A DNA stretch of 64,000 nucleotides, taken from NCBI GenBank assembly GCA_048538275.1, contig JBLYPW010000002.1, forward strand, positions 103,927-167,926, given 5' to 3'. Made by a program: the position numbers and the translations under genes. The notes beneath the pieces are model-generated. The model saw only the letters and a program-made list of their open reading frames with translations. It ran no database searches and was not told the DNA's origin. Shown here in pieces: positions 9,933-19,274 of this stretch. Within the stretch, counting starts at the first letter, position 1; each line of letters begins with the position of its first letter. The DNA is from Candidatus Komeilibacteria bacterium. GTDB taxonomy: Bacteria > Patescibacteriota > Patescibacteriia > UBA1558.

Positions 9933-11369
9933 TTGAGTATCATTATGAACAGAATCAAAACAATTGAAACAGTTGAGCAGGAGGGCAAAGAAGTTTTGCT
10001 TAAAGGTTGGGTCAATGCCCGCCGTAATATGGGCAAGATTGTGTTTTTAGATTTGCGCGATCGTTGGGGAATGGTTCAGGTAGTTGGTGTTTCAGCTGAG
10101 CTAGATGAGCAATCGCAGGAAGAATTAAATCGCCTACGCCCAGAATTTGTAGTGACTATCAAAGGCATTGTTAATAAACGAGGCGCCAAGCAAATTAATA
10201 AAGATGTGGCAACTGGCAGTATTGAAATTTTAGCTAAGGAGATAAAAATTATTAATGAATCAGCCACCCCACCTTTTGAAATAGATAATGAAGAGCGTCA
10301 GGCCGGTGAAGAATTGCGTTTGCAGTATCGCTATTTGGATTTGCGCCATGAACGTATGAAGCAAAATATGATTTTGCGTGATAAAGTTATGCTATTTGTG
10401 CGTCAGTGGCTTCACAATAATGATTTTATTGAAGTTCAAACTCCTATTTTAACCAAGTCCACACCAGAGGGAGCGCGTGATTATTTGGTCCCGTCCCGCG
10501 TGCATCACGGTAAGTTTTTTGCCTTACCCCAATCGCCCCAACAGTACAAGCAGCTATTGATGGTGGCTGGCATGGATAGGTATTTTCAGATAGCGCCTTG
10601 TTTCCGGGATGAAGACGCCCGCGCTGATCGCAGCCCCGGTGAGTTTTATCAGATTGATATGGAGATGAGTTTTATGACGCAAGCGGAAATTTTGGATTTG
10701 ACAGAAAGAATGTTCAAAGATTTGATCAAGACCCACTTTCCTGAAAAAAAAATAACCTTTGATCCCTTTCCCAGACTGGATTATCAGGAGGTAGTGGATA
10801 AGTATGGTACGGATAAGCCTGATTTACGCAAGGATAAGAACGATCCGGATGAATTAGCCTTTGCTTTTGTAGTGAATTTTCCCTTATTTGTACAGCAAAG
10901 TGAAGAAGATCATTTTTATGGCGCTGGTGATAAATGGGCACCGTCTCATCATATGTTTACCGCCCCCAAAGAAGAGGATATTCCATTATTGGATAGCGAA
11001 CCAGGAAAAGCCCGTTCTTATCAGCACGATTTAGTATTGAATGGCTGGGAAGTGGGCGGCGGTAGTGTCAGAATTCACGATCCTAAGATACAAGAGAAAA
11101 TATTTGATTTAATTGGTTTTAGTGAAAAGCAGAAGCAGCAATTTGCTCACTTATTGGAAGCTTTCAAATATGGCGTGCCGCCACATGGTGGCATTGCGCC
11201 TGGTTTGGATCGCTTGGTTTCTATTTTAGCTAAGGAAAAAAGTATCAAAGAGGTGATAGCTTTTCCTTTGACAGGCGATGTACGCGATCCCTTGATGGAC
11301 GCCCCTTCAGAAGTTGCTCCAGAACAGCTGGATGATTTGGGAATTAGTTTAAAGAAAAGCAAAAAATAA
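9933..11369 (+). CDS. aspS: aspartyl-tRNA synthetase, compact form (478 aa, apparently lacking the bacterial GAD insertion)
   Basis: ALPQSPQQYKQLLM...FRDEDARADRSPGEFYQIDMEMSF; GIAPGLDRL motif 3. Confidence 0.8.
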   Translation: MSIIMNRIKTIETVEQEGKEVLLKGWVNARRNMGKIVFLDLRDRWGMVQVVGVSAELDEQSQEELNRLRPEFVVTIKGIVNKRGAKQINKDVATGSIEILAKEIKIINESATPPFEIDNEERQAGEELRLQYRYLDLRHERMKQNMILRDKVMLFVRQWLHNNDFIEVQTPILTKSTPEGARDYLVPSRVHHGKFFALPQSPQQYKQLLMVAGMDRYFQIAPCFRDEDARADRSPGEFYQIDMEMSFMTQAEILDLTERMFKDLIKTHFPEKKITFDPFPRLDYQEVVDKYGTDKPDLRKDKNDPDELAFAFVVNFPLFVQQSEEDHFYGAGDKWAPSHHMFTAPKEEDIPLLDSEPGKARSYQHDLVLNGWEVGGGSVRIHDPKIQEKIFDLIGFSEKQKQQFAHLLEAFKYGVPPHGGIAPGLDRLVSILAKEKSIKEVIAFPLTGDVRDPLMDAPSEVAPEQLDDLGISLKKSKK

Positions 11370-11384
11370 AAGTAGGGTTAATTA

Positions 11385-11729
11385 TTGACTGGTGTTATCA
11401 TGGTTTTGTCCAATTTGCAGAAATATATTTTACGCCAAGTCGCCAGTGCTAGCGGTAAAAATGTAAAGCGCAGTATCTTTGATAAATTTTATGATAAGCA
11501 AAAAAAGGCACCTAGTAAATTGGCACGTACTAAGATAATTACCCAGAGTTTAGAGCGTTTGATTGACCGTGGACTTTTGGTGGGTAGTGGTAAACGAACT
11601 CGTTATAAATGGTTTATTACCGAGGTGCGTTTGACGCCATTGGGTAGAAAGGAGACACAAAGATTGTGGGGACAACAAGATGAATTGCCATTTGTCAAGA
11701 GATATAAAAAAGTAAAAATTAAAATATAA
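11385..11729 (+). CDS. hypothetical small basic protein
   Basis: 114-aa ORF, lysine/arginine-rich. Confidence 0.4.
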   Translation: MTGVIMVLSNLQKYILRQVASASGKNVKRSIFDKFYDKQKKAPSKLARTKIITQSLERLIDRGLLVGSGKRTRYKWFITEVRLTPLGRKETQRLWGQQDELPFVKRYKKVKIKI

Positions 11730-11807
11730 ATATTAGATCTTGGTTTGTAAAATCTTCGCCAGCGGCGGAAAGACGTATATATTTTAGTATTATTATAATT
11801 TTAGTAT

Positions 11808-12359
11808 ATGGCCATAGCAAAGAAACTTGTCAAAAAATTAGACGAAGCGCAAGTCAAATATAATATAATTACTCATCGTAAAGTTTTTACGGCCTATGAC
11901 GCTGCACAAACTACCAAGCGCAAACTAGAGCAGATTGTAAAAACCTTGGTAGTGAAAGCGGGTAGTGATCTGTATTTAGTTCATCTGCCCGCTAGTAAGA
12001 ATTTGAATTTGGCTAAGTTGGCTAAGTTATTGGGAGTGAAAAAAGTGACCATTCCTTCAGAAAAGAAAATTGTAGCGGCTTTGAAAATAAAGCCAGGCCA
12101 GCTAACGGCTTTTGCCTTTATGCATAAGCTATCTACCGTGGTAGATAAGACTTTATTATCTCTGCCAAAGGCTATATTTTCCTCCGGCAGCTTAACTGAG
12201 AGTATTGAAATGTCGGTGAAAGAATTTGTTAAGCTAACTGACGATTATATTGATGGCGCGTTTACGGTAGCAAAAAAAATCAAAAAACAAAAAGCAATGC
12301 AGACCAAATCCACCAAACAGAAAACCAAACCGGTGTTTAAAAAAAGTAAAAGACTTTAA
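11808..12359 (+). CDS. YbaK/ProX-like aminoacyl-tRNA deacylase domain protein with lysine-rich C-terminal tail
   Basis: overall similarity to the YbaK editing-domain pattern; tentative. Confidence 0.4.
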   Translation: MAIAKKLVKKLDEAQVKYNIITHRKVFTAYDAAQTTKRKLEQIVKTLVVKAGSDLYLVHLPASKNLNLAKLAKLLGVKKVTIPSEKKIVAALKIKPGQLTAFAFMHKLSTVVDKTLLSLPKAIFSSGSLTESIEMSVKEFVKLTDDYIDGAFTVAKKIKKQKAMQTKSTKQKTKPVFKKSKRL

Positions 12360-13060
12360 TGTATAAAATTAAGTTAGATAAATTTGAAGGGCCGTTAGAT
12401 TTGTTATTGCAATTGATTGAGCAGCAAGAATTATCTATTACTGAAGTTTCTTTAGCACAGGTAGCGGATCAGTATATTGAATATATTCATTCAGCAACAG
12501 TTATTAATCCAGAAGAGATAGCTGATTTTTTGTTGGTAGCTGCCAAGTTATTATATTTGAAATCACGAGAGATTTTGCCAGATATGCTTTGGGAGGAGGA
12601 AGAAGAAGTTGATCTGGAAAGGCAGCTGAAAATTTATAAAGAATATTATGAAGCCAGTAAGAAACTGGACAAATTAGCGCGCCAAGAAAATTTTTCTTAT
12701 TCGCGCCTTGCTCCATTGCGTCACGCCAAAGAAGGATCAAGTGTTGCCATGCCCACTGGTCTGACAGGAGAAAAAATGAGTGAATTATTTAAAAATGCCT
12801 TAACTCGCTTGGAGCCGATTATAAAAATACCACGGAGTATAATTGAAAAAACCATTACTATTACAGAAAAGATCAAAGAAATTCGTGAAGCTCTACACAA
12901 TGCCGTTACTTTTGATTTTCGCAAATTGGTGAAAAAAGGAGGTCGTAGCGACGTTATTATTAGTTTTTTAGCCATGTTAGAGCTTGTCAAACAGTCCGAT
13001 ATTGACGTCGGGCAAGATGGCTTATTTGATGAAATTGTTATTAAAAGATTAGAATCATAA
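12359..13060 (+). CDS. scpA: segregation and condensation protein A
   Basis: MYKIKLDKFEGPLDLLLQLIEQQELSI N-terminus. Confidence 0.85.
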   Translation: MYKIKLDKFEGPLDLLLQLIEQQELSITEVSLAQVADQYIEYIHSATVINPEEIADFLLVAAKLLYLKSREILPDMLWEEEEEVDLERQLKIYKEYYEASKKLDKLARQENFSYSRLAPLRHAKEGSSVAMPTGLTGEKMSELFKNALTRLEPIIKIPRSIIEKTITITEKIKEIREALHNAVTFDFRKLVKKGGRSDVIISFLAMLELVKQSDIDVGQDGLFDEIVIKRLES

Positions 13061-13063
13061 ATT

Positions 13064-13792
13064 ATGTCTTTATCCTTAAGCGCCCAAATAGAAAGTTTGT
13101 TATTAGTAGCGACTAAGCCTTTGAAGTTGACTACTTTAAAGAAAATCTTAACTACAGCTAAAGCAGAAGAAATCCAACAAGCATTGGCTGATTTACAGTA
13201 CAAGTATAATCAAACTGATAGTGGTTTTCGTTTATTGTCAAATCAGGATGCTTGGCAATTGAGCACGGCGCCAGAAGCGGCTGAGCTAGTAAAGGATTTT
13301 GTAAAAGATGAAACTACTGGTGAGCTAACTAAACCATCTTTGGAGACACTGACTATTATTGCTTATCGTCAGCCTATAACCAAGGCAGAGTTGGAGCAAA
13401 TAAGAGGTGTAAATTGTAGTATGATTTTGCGCAATTTGCAGATTCGCGGTTTAGTTGCCAGTCGTGAAAATAAGCAGAGGATGGTAACAGAATATTTAGT
13501 CACTATGGATTTCTTAAAATTTATGGGTATTAATAATGTTAAAGAGTTGCCTGATTTTGATAAATTAAATAATGATACGAATTTGCGCAAGTTGTTGGGC
13601 GAGGATATTGTGGAAGATCCAGAACAAAATAACGGCGATAATGCTACAGATGATTCATCAGGTGAAGACAATGAAGATGATAGTGGCGGGGCGGATTTGC
13701 CTGGCAATGATGAGGTTGATGATACTATAGATAAAGCCAACGAATCATCTAGTGGTGGTAGCGTTTCTTTGCCAGTTAATATTTATTCGTAA
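13064..13792 (+). CDS. scpB: segregation and condensation protein B
   Basis: ETLTIIAYRQPITKAELEQIRGV winged-helix; acidic C-terminal tail. Confidence 0.85.
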   Translation: MSLSLSAQIESLLLVATKPLKLTTLKKILTTAKAEEIQQALADLQYKYNQTDSGFRLLSNQDAWQLSTAPEAAELVKDFVKDETTGELTKPSLETLTIIAYRQPITKAELEQIRGVNCSMILRNLQIRGLVASRENKQRMVTEYLVTMDFLKFMGINNVKELPDFDKLNNDTNLRKLLGEDIVEDPEQNNGDNATDDSSGEDNEDDSGGADLPGNDEVDDTIDKANESSSGGSVSLPVNIYS

Positions 13793-13793
13793 A

Positions 13794-14474
13794 ATGAGAT
13801 TGCATAAATTTCTCGCTAAGAGTGGCGTTGCTTCTCGTCGGGCCAGCGAAGAATTGATAGCCAGTGGGCGAGTCAGTGTCAATGATAAAGTGATAATGGA
13901 GATGGGCGTTGTCATTGATCCTGATCACGATATTATAAAATTGGACAATCAAGTTGTTGAGCTGCCAAATGAGCAGCTTTATATAATGATGAATAAACCA
14001 GTCGGTTATTTGACTACTAAGCAAGATCCACAAGGTAGGCCCACTATTTATGATATTATTCCTGTCTCATACCAACATTTATTTCCGGTTGGTCGTTTGG
14101 ATAAAGATAGTGAGGGACTGTTATTACTTACCAATGATGGACAATTAGCTGAATACTTAGCTCATCCTCGTTATCAGCATAGCAAAGAGTATCGTGTTAA
14201 CGTGGATAAGGATTTGAATCATAACATTGTCAGGCAGCTAAAAGCTGGCATTATACTCGATGAAGGTTTGGCCAGAGCTGATGAAGTTAAGATAATCAAT
14301 AATAAAGTACTGGATATTGTTTTACATCAAGGATGGAAACGGCAAATAAGACGTATGTTGCAGGCCTTGGGTTATGAAGTGGTAAAATTACAGAGACGTC
14401 GCTTGGGCAAATATAATATTGTGAATATGGGAAATAAGGATTTTATTATAGTTAGTAAAACAGAGATTATATAA
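13794..14474 (+). CDS. rluB: pseudouridine synthase, RsuA/RluB family
   Basis: S4 domain MRLHKFLAKSGVASRR; catalytic GRLDKDSEGLLLLTNDG. Confidence 0.85.
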   Translation: MRLHKFLAKSGVASRRASEELIASGRVSVNDKVIMEMGVVIDPDHDIIKLDNQVVELPNEQLYIMMNKPVGYLTTKQDPQGRPTIYDIIPVSYQHLFPVGRLDKDSEGLLLLTNDGQLAEYLAHPRYQHSKEYRVNVDKDLNHNIVRQLKAGIILDEGLARADEVKIINNKVLDIVLHQGWKRQIRRMLQALGYEVVKLQRRRLGKYNIVNMGNKDFIIVSKTEII

Positions 14475-14475
14475 T

Positions 14476-15399
14476 ATGTTTTGGCATTTTGTTTTAAATT
14501 TAGCTTTATTATGGCAAGTCGCCACTGTGCCGACGGTACTTCCTTGGCATGGACCTGTTTTACAACCAGAGGGGAATATTGTGAGCTGGCCAGAGCAAAG
14601 AGTGGCTGGTCATGAGGCTCCTTATAAATTAGATAATGATTCTTTAGGAGTAGATATAAAGGCTGATTCGGCGGCGGTTATGGATTGGGATAGCGGGGTT
14701 TTATTGTGGCAAAAACAAATACAGGTTATTCGTCCTATTGCCAGTTTAACTAAGCTGATGACAGCTTTGGTATGGTTGGATCAACAGACAGATCCGGAAA
14801 AAGTCATGCGTATTAGTACCGATGATTATCGGACGGGTGGTCGTTATTATATTTTTACCGGCGAGGAAATCAAAACACGAGATTTATTTTATGCGACTTT
14901 AGTAGCTTCTGATAATACGGCGGCGATTACTTTAGCTCGTTCTACCGGTTTGGATATGGAACAATTTGTGGCCGCTATGAATACTAAAGCTAAAGCAATA
15001 GGCATGCATGACACTCACTTTGTTGAACCTACCGGCTTGGATAATAACAATGTTTCTACGGCAGCAGACATGCTTAAATTAGCTCGTCAAGCATTTGCTG
15101 ATCCTGACATAGTAAATGCCAGCAGTCGGTCTGATTATTCTTATACTATTCAGAATACCAGCAGAAAAGTTTATGTGATCAGTACGGATAATTTATTGGA
15201 TAGCTACCTTGATATCATAGCGGGTAAAACAGGTTATTTAGATGAGGCGGGTGGTTGTTTGGTTACAGTTGCAAAAAACGAAGGTGGGCACAAGATTATT
15301 GCTATCGCATTGGGTTCGTCTGATCAGTATAGTCGTTTTTCTGATATTAAGGCTATGTTGCAATGGACTTGGGATAATTATGCGTGGCCGATAAATTAA
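14476..15399 (+). CDS. D-alanyl-D-alanine carboxypeptidase (serine peptidase S11)
   Basis: SLTKLMT (SxxK), SDNTAA (SxN), KTGY (KTG) motifs. Confidence 0.8.
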   Translation: MFWHFVLNLALLWQVATVPTVLPWHGPVLQPEGNIVSWPEQRVAGHEAPYKLDNDSLGVDIKADSAAVMDWDSGVLLWQKQIQVIRPIASLTKLMTALVWLDQQTDPEKVMRISTDDYRTGGRYYIFTGEEIKTRDLFYATLVASDNTAAITLARSTGLDMEQFVAAMNTKAKAIGMHDTHFVEPTGLDNNNVSTAADMLKLARQAFADPDIVNASSRSDYSYTIQNTSRKVYVISTDNLLDSYLDIIAGKTGYLDEAGGCLVTVAKNEGGHKIIAIALGSSDQYSRFSDIKAMLQWTWDNYAWPIN

Positions 15400-15881
15400 A
15401 ATTTATGTATCAAATATTAAAACCTTATTTGTGGGCCGCTTTTCTATCCACCCTGCCGGTTACAGAGTTACGCGGCGCGATACCATGGGTCTTGAGTCTT
15501 TATGAGGCCCAACCTTGGTTAGTAATGATAGCGGCTTGTATAGGGAATATTATTCCCGCTATTATATTACTATGGGGTTTGGATCTAATTGCGGGTATTG
15601 ACGATCAGGAGAGCCGTAATCCTGTCCGCCGATCAATTAATTGGGTATTGGATCGGACACGGCGTCGAACAGAGAAAAAAGTTTTACAATACGGCTATTT
15701 GGCGTTATTATTGTTTGTAGCTATTCCTTTGCCAGGGACCGGGGCTTGGACCGGAGCAATGGCGGCTTGGTTGTTTGGATTACGTAAAAAGCCAGCTTTA
15801 TTAATTATTAGTTTAGGTGTTATTTTAGCTGGTATTATTGTTACTTTAATTACTACTGGTGTTATTAATATTTTAGTTTGA
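15384..15881 (+). CDS. small integral membrane protein (COG2426-like putative small multidrug export protein)
   Basis: four hydrophobic segments; family assignment tentative. Confidence 0.45.
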   Translation: MADKLKFMYQILKPYLWAAFLSTLPVTELRGAIPWVLSLYEAQPWLVMIAACIGNIIPAIILLWGLDLIAGIDDQESRNPVRRSINWVLDRTRRRTEKKVLQYGYLALLLFVAIPLPGTGAWTGAMAAWLFGLRKKPALLIISLGVILAGIIVTLITTGVINILV

Positions 15882-16639
15882 TGAAAAAGAAATATATTAT
15901 AGCGAATTGGAAGATGGAGCTGACGCCCCAGCAAGCGCAACAGTTAGCGCAAGATTTTGCGCAAGTGACTAAAAAAAATACTTGGGCGGAAGATCGTCAG
16001 GTGATTATATGCCCCAGCTTTACTGATATTATCCCAATCGTTGCCTTATTATCACATAGTCAAATTGAGATTGGAGCACAAGATGTTTTTTGGTCAGATT
16101 ATGGCGCCTATACCGGCAGTATTAGTGCTAGCAGTTTGCGTCACTTGGGATGTACATATGTTATTGTAGGACATTCGGAAAGAAGAAAGTACCAACATGA
16201 AACTGATAGAGAAATAGGGCAAAAGATAGCAGCGGTTTTGCAAGCTGGCTTGGTGCCTATTTTATGTATAGGTGAAACTTTTGCAGAAAAACAGGGCGGG
16301 GGAAAAGAAGCTGCCCTGATGAAACAACTAACAGAAGCTTTATCCGATATTCATTTAACAGATAAAGATAATATATTGGTCGCTTATGAGCCGGTTTGGG
16401 TGATAGGATCTGGTCAAGCTGTAAATCCTCAGGATGCGAATCAAACCCATCAGTTAATTCGCCGTACTTTAGGTGAATTTTGGCCCACCAGCATAGTCAA
16501 TAAAATAGGTATTATATATGGTGGCAGTGTTAATCATTTAAATATAAAAGATTTTATGTACCAGCCCAATATAGATGGAGTATTGGTAGGTGGCGCCAGT
16601 TTGTCAGTAGATAAATTTTGGCCTATTATAAATTATTAA
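15878..16639 (+). CDS. tpiA: triosephosphate isomerase
   Basis: ANWKM...VGHSERR...AYEPVWVIGSG...YGGSV. Confidence 0.9.
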   Translation: MMKKKYIIANWKMELTPQQAQQLAQDFAQVTKKNTWAEDRQVIICPSFTDIIPIVALLSHSQIEIGAQDVFWSDYGAYTGSISASSLRHLGCTYVIVGHSERRKYQHETDREIGQKIAAVLQAGLVPILCIGETFAEKQGGGKEAALMKQLTEALSDIHLTDKDNILVAYEPVWVIGSGQAVNPQDANQTHQLIRRTLGEFWPTSIVNKIGIIYGGSVNHLNIKDFMYQPNIDGVLVGGASLSVDKFWPIINY

Positions 16640-16648
16640 AGAAATTTT

Positions 16649-17527
16649 ATGTTGTGTCATATCAAAGAAATTGTCAATCCGGCCAAGCAGAATCATTATG
16701 CTATTGGAGCATTTAATACTGCCAATTTGGAAATCACTTTGGCTATTGCCAGAGCGGCAGTAAACAGTCAGTCTCCGGTTATCATTCAGGTGAGCGAGAA
16801 AACTATCGCTTATGCCGGGTTAAAACCGATTACTCATATTGTAGAAACCGTAGCTAAGAATGAGGCTAATCACGTGCCGGTGGCTTTGCATCTTGATCAC
16901 GGTCATTCTTTTAAGTCTGTGGCAGAATGTATCAATGCGGGTTTTTCATCCATACATATTGACGGATCGGAGTTAGCTTTTGATGAAAATATAGCCATTA
17001 CTAAAGAGGCGGTTGCTTATGCTCATAAAAAAGGAGTTTGGGCTCAGGGAGAGCTGGGACGTATTTTAGGTAAGGAAGGTATGAAAAACTTCAAAGGTAG
17101 TTTTGATGAAATGGTTGATTACTTAACGGATCCTGAGGAAGCTATAGAATTTGTGGAAAAAACCGGTGTGGATACTTTAGCGGTGTCAGTGGGTACTTTT
17201 CATGGTAATTTTGTAGGTAAGGAAAAAATATATTTTGAGGTATTGGATAAGATAAGTAAGGCGATTGATGTGCCGTTAGTATTGCACGGCGCTTCGGGAA
17301 TTCCGGACGATGAATTGCAAAAAGCAGTAGAACATGGTATTAGTATTGTAAACATAGATACTGAGCTAAGAATAGCCTTTACAGAGCAATTGAAAAAAAC
17401 CATGCAACAGGCTTCTGATGATATGGTTGATCCACGTACAGTTTTAAGTCCTAGTATAACGGCAGTTAGCGAAGTAGTAGAACGAAAGTTGAAATATTTA
17501 GGTAGTTTTAATAAGTGTTTAAGTTAA
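16649..17527 (+). CDS. fba: fructose-bisphosphate aldolase, class II
   Basis: LHLDHGHS...VSVGTFHG...LHGASG motifs. Confidence 0.85.
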   Translation: MLCHIKEIVNPAKQNHYAIGAFNTANLEITLAIARAAVNSQSPVIIQVSEKTIAYAGLKPITHIVETVAKNEANHVPVALHLDHGHSFKSVAECINAGFSSIHIDGSELAFDENIAITKEAVAYAHKKGVWAQGELGRILGKEGMKNFKGSFDEMVDYLTDPEEAIEFVEKTGVDTLAVSVGTFHGNFVGKEKIYFEVLDKISKAIDVPLVLHGASGIPDDELQKAVEHGISIVNIDTELRIAFTEQLKKTMQQASDDMVDPRTVLSPSITAVSEVVERKLKYLGSFNKCLS

Positions 17528-17546
17528 ATTAAATAGTTTTTGATTT

Positions 17547-18425
17547 ATGTCTTTTTTTATTTTTTTATTAATAGTTGGGCTATTGATATTAGCTTGGTTG
17601 GTAGTAAGGAAGCTACCGCAGTTGAATATGATACAGCCTCACTCTACGCCGCGCGCTAAACAAGAAAAGCGTAAAAAACAAATGTATGAAGATAGATTAA
17701 AACGCCAATTAAGCCAAGTCAGTAGAGGAGCTAGTAAATGGATACAACCTTTATTAGAGGCTACGCAGAAATTATTTAAGGTTTCTTATCAGAAATTACG
17801 TAGCAAGGAGGAAGAATATAGGCATAAATTATTGCATCAAGATTTTCAAGATAGTGTAGATAAGGAACAAAAGATTGCAGCTCTTTTAACTGATGCGCAG
17901 GAAAGTTTTGCAGATAAAAATTGGAATGAAGCGGAAAGTAGATTGATAGATATTCTAAAAATGGACCCTCATAATATTGATGCTTATAATAAATTGGGCA
18001 GACTTTACTGGGAAAAGAAAGATTATGATCATGCAATAGAAATTTATGAATATTTAGCCAAATTGTCAGCTCACCCTGATGTTTATAATAATTTAGCAGC
18101 TATAGCCGAGGAAAGAGGTAATCTCGGTGAAGCTGAAAAAAACTATTTATCAGCTTTGCAATTAAATAATCAAGCCAGCGAATCTCATTATCATTTAGCG
18201 GAGCTATATGGTCAGCAGGATGATTGGGATAAAGCTCAGTTAGAGGCTAAGGCGGCGGCGAAATATAGAGCTAATAACCCTAAATATCTTGACTTTTTAT
18301 TGCGAGCGAGTATAATAGTTCAAGATAAAAAAACCGCTTTAGATACTTTGCAAAAGATGCAAGAGGTGAATCCGGAGAATAAAAAACTAGCGGTTTATCA
18401 AGAGCAAATAGATCAATTATCATAA
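17547..18425 (+). CDS. TPR-repeat protein with N-terminal TM helix
   Basis: hydrophobic N-terminus; repeated AYNKLG/YNNLA TPR-like helices. Confidence 0.6.
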   Translation: MSFFIFLLIVGLLILAWLVVRKLPQLNMIQPHSTPRAKQEKRKKQMYEDRLKRQLSQVSRGASKWIQPLLEATQKLFKVSYQKLRSKEEEYRHKLLHQDFQDSVDKEQKIAALLTDAQESFADKNWNEAESRLIDILKMDPHNIDAYNKLGRLYWEKKDYDHAIEIYEYLAKLSAHPDVYNNLAAIAEERGNLGEAEKNYLSALQLNNQASESHYHLAELYGQQDDWDKAQLEAKAAAKYRANNPKYLDFLLRASIIVQDKKTALDTLQKMQEVNPENKKLAVYQEQIDQLS

Positions 18426-18429
18426 ATAT

Positions 18430-18505
18430 GCCGTTGTAGCTCAGCTGGTAGAGCAACTCCATGGTAAGGAGTAGGTCCGCAGTTCAAGTCTGCGCAACGG
18501 CTCCA
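18430..18505 (+). tRNA. tRNA-Thr (anticodon GGT), CCA encoded
   Basis: manual cloverleaf: acceptor GCCGTTG/CAACGGC; anticodon stem ACTCC/GGAGT; loop AUGGUAA; T-loop TTCAAGT. Confidence 0.85.
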
Positions 18506-18536
18506 CTTTAAAGTCAGGCTTTATCGCCAGCTAGTA

Positions 18537-18698
18537 AATAGTGGCCTTGTAAAATCTACCAGGAGTGGCGCGCCTTGGATAGTAGTACATAGAGAGGAGT
18601 TTATTACTAGACAAGCTGCTTATAAAAGGGAACGTCAAATAAAATCGTATAAAGGTGGTACAGCATTTAAGAGATTGTTTAAAAATAAAATAGATTAA
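18537..18698 (+). pseudogene. 3' fragment of a GIY-YIG nuclease gene (duplicate copy A)
   Basis: near-identical to 18914-19075 (2 mismatches); in-frame TAG TAA immediately upstream; no start codon. Confidence 0.8.
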
Positions 18699-18704
18699 GT
18701 ACAT

Positions 18705-18815
18705 GGGTCGGTACCGAAGCGGTCCCCGCCACATTAGCGTTGCTAATGCACGGGGCGGGCAACCGGGCAGACTGCCACCGCCCTTGGCGGGGTGCCGCCA
18801 CAGGCGGCATAAATC
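18705..18815 (+). other. pseudo-tRNA-Tyr 5' portion (positions 1-40) interrupted by two 35-nt GC-rich hairpin modules
   Basis: 18705-18724 identical to tRNA-Tyr nt 1-20; insert 18725-18759; tRNA-like CAACCGGGCAGACTG; insert 18775-18809; then TAAATC. Confidence 0.7.
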
Positions 18816-18823
18816 TATTAATT

Positions 18824-19075
18824 ATGTATCTGGTTTATATATTACAAAGTAAGCTTTCTGGGCGTTATTACATTGGTCAGACAATTAATTTGGATAAGAG
18901 ATTAAAGAGACACAATAGTGGCCTTGTAAAATCTACCAGGAGTGGCGCGCCTTGGATAGTAGTACATAGAGAGGAGTTTATTACTAGACAAGCTGCTTAT
19001 AAAAGGGAACGTCAAATAAAATCGTATAAAGGCGGTGCAGCATTTAAGAGATTGTTTAAAAATAAAATAGATTAA
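18824..19075 (+). CDS. GIY-YIG nuclease family protein (small, YhbQ/UPF0213-like)
   Basis: MYLVYILQS...GRYYIGQT...KRLKRHNSG...REEF..R.AAYKRERQIKSYKG is the characteristic GIY-YIG pattern. Confidence 0.85.
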   Translation: MYLVYILQSKLSGRYYIGQTINLDKRLKRHNSGLVKSTRSGAPWIVVHREEFITRQAAYKRERQIKSYKGGAAFKRLFKNKID

Positions 19076-19081
19076 GTACAT

Positions 19082-19167
19082 GGGTCGGTACCGAAGCGGT
19101 CAACCGGGGCAGACTGTAAATCTGCTGGCTTTCGCCTTCGTAGGTTCGAATCCTACCCGGCCCACCA
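19082..19167 (+). tRNA. tRNA-Tyr (anticodon GTA), long variable arm, CCA encoded
   Basis: anticodon stem GCAGA/TCTGC with loop CUGUAAA; T-arm GGTTCGAATCC; acceptor GGGTCGG/CCGGCCC. Confidence 0.85.
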
Positions 19168-19214
19168 CGCCCGTGGAGTCAATTGATGAATTTACTCTAC
19201 GGGCGTGTTTTTTA
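19168..19214 (+). terminator. intrinsic terminator after tRNA-Tyr
   Basis: cgcccgtggagt...actctacgggcg stem followed by tgtttttt. Confidence 0.6.
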
Positions 19215-19274
19215 TAGATTATAAATAAAGCCCACCCGGAAGTGGACTATAATTTTTCATTTTGTTGTAAACTT

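Noticed and set aside
18531-18734. 67-aa minus-strand ORF across the duplicated GIY-YIG fragment
   Set aside because: It is antisense to the GIY-YIG coding fragment. It is an artefact of the repeat.
18705-19167. Interpretation of 18725-19101 as a single 377-nt intron, carrying the GIY-YIG ORF, inside tRNA-Tyr
   Set aside because: The downstream tRNA-Tyr copy (19082-19167) is complete and contiguous on its own. The putative intron would end with a duplicate of the 5' exon, which fits a tandem duplication better than an intron. I see no recognisable group I core (P3-P7). Retained only as an alternative in the finding.
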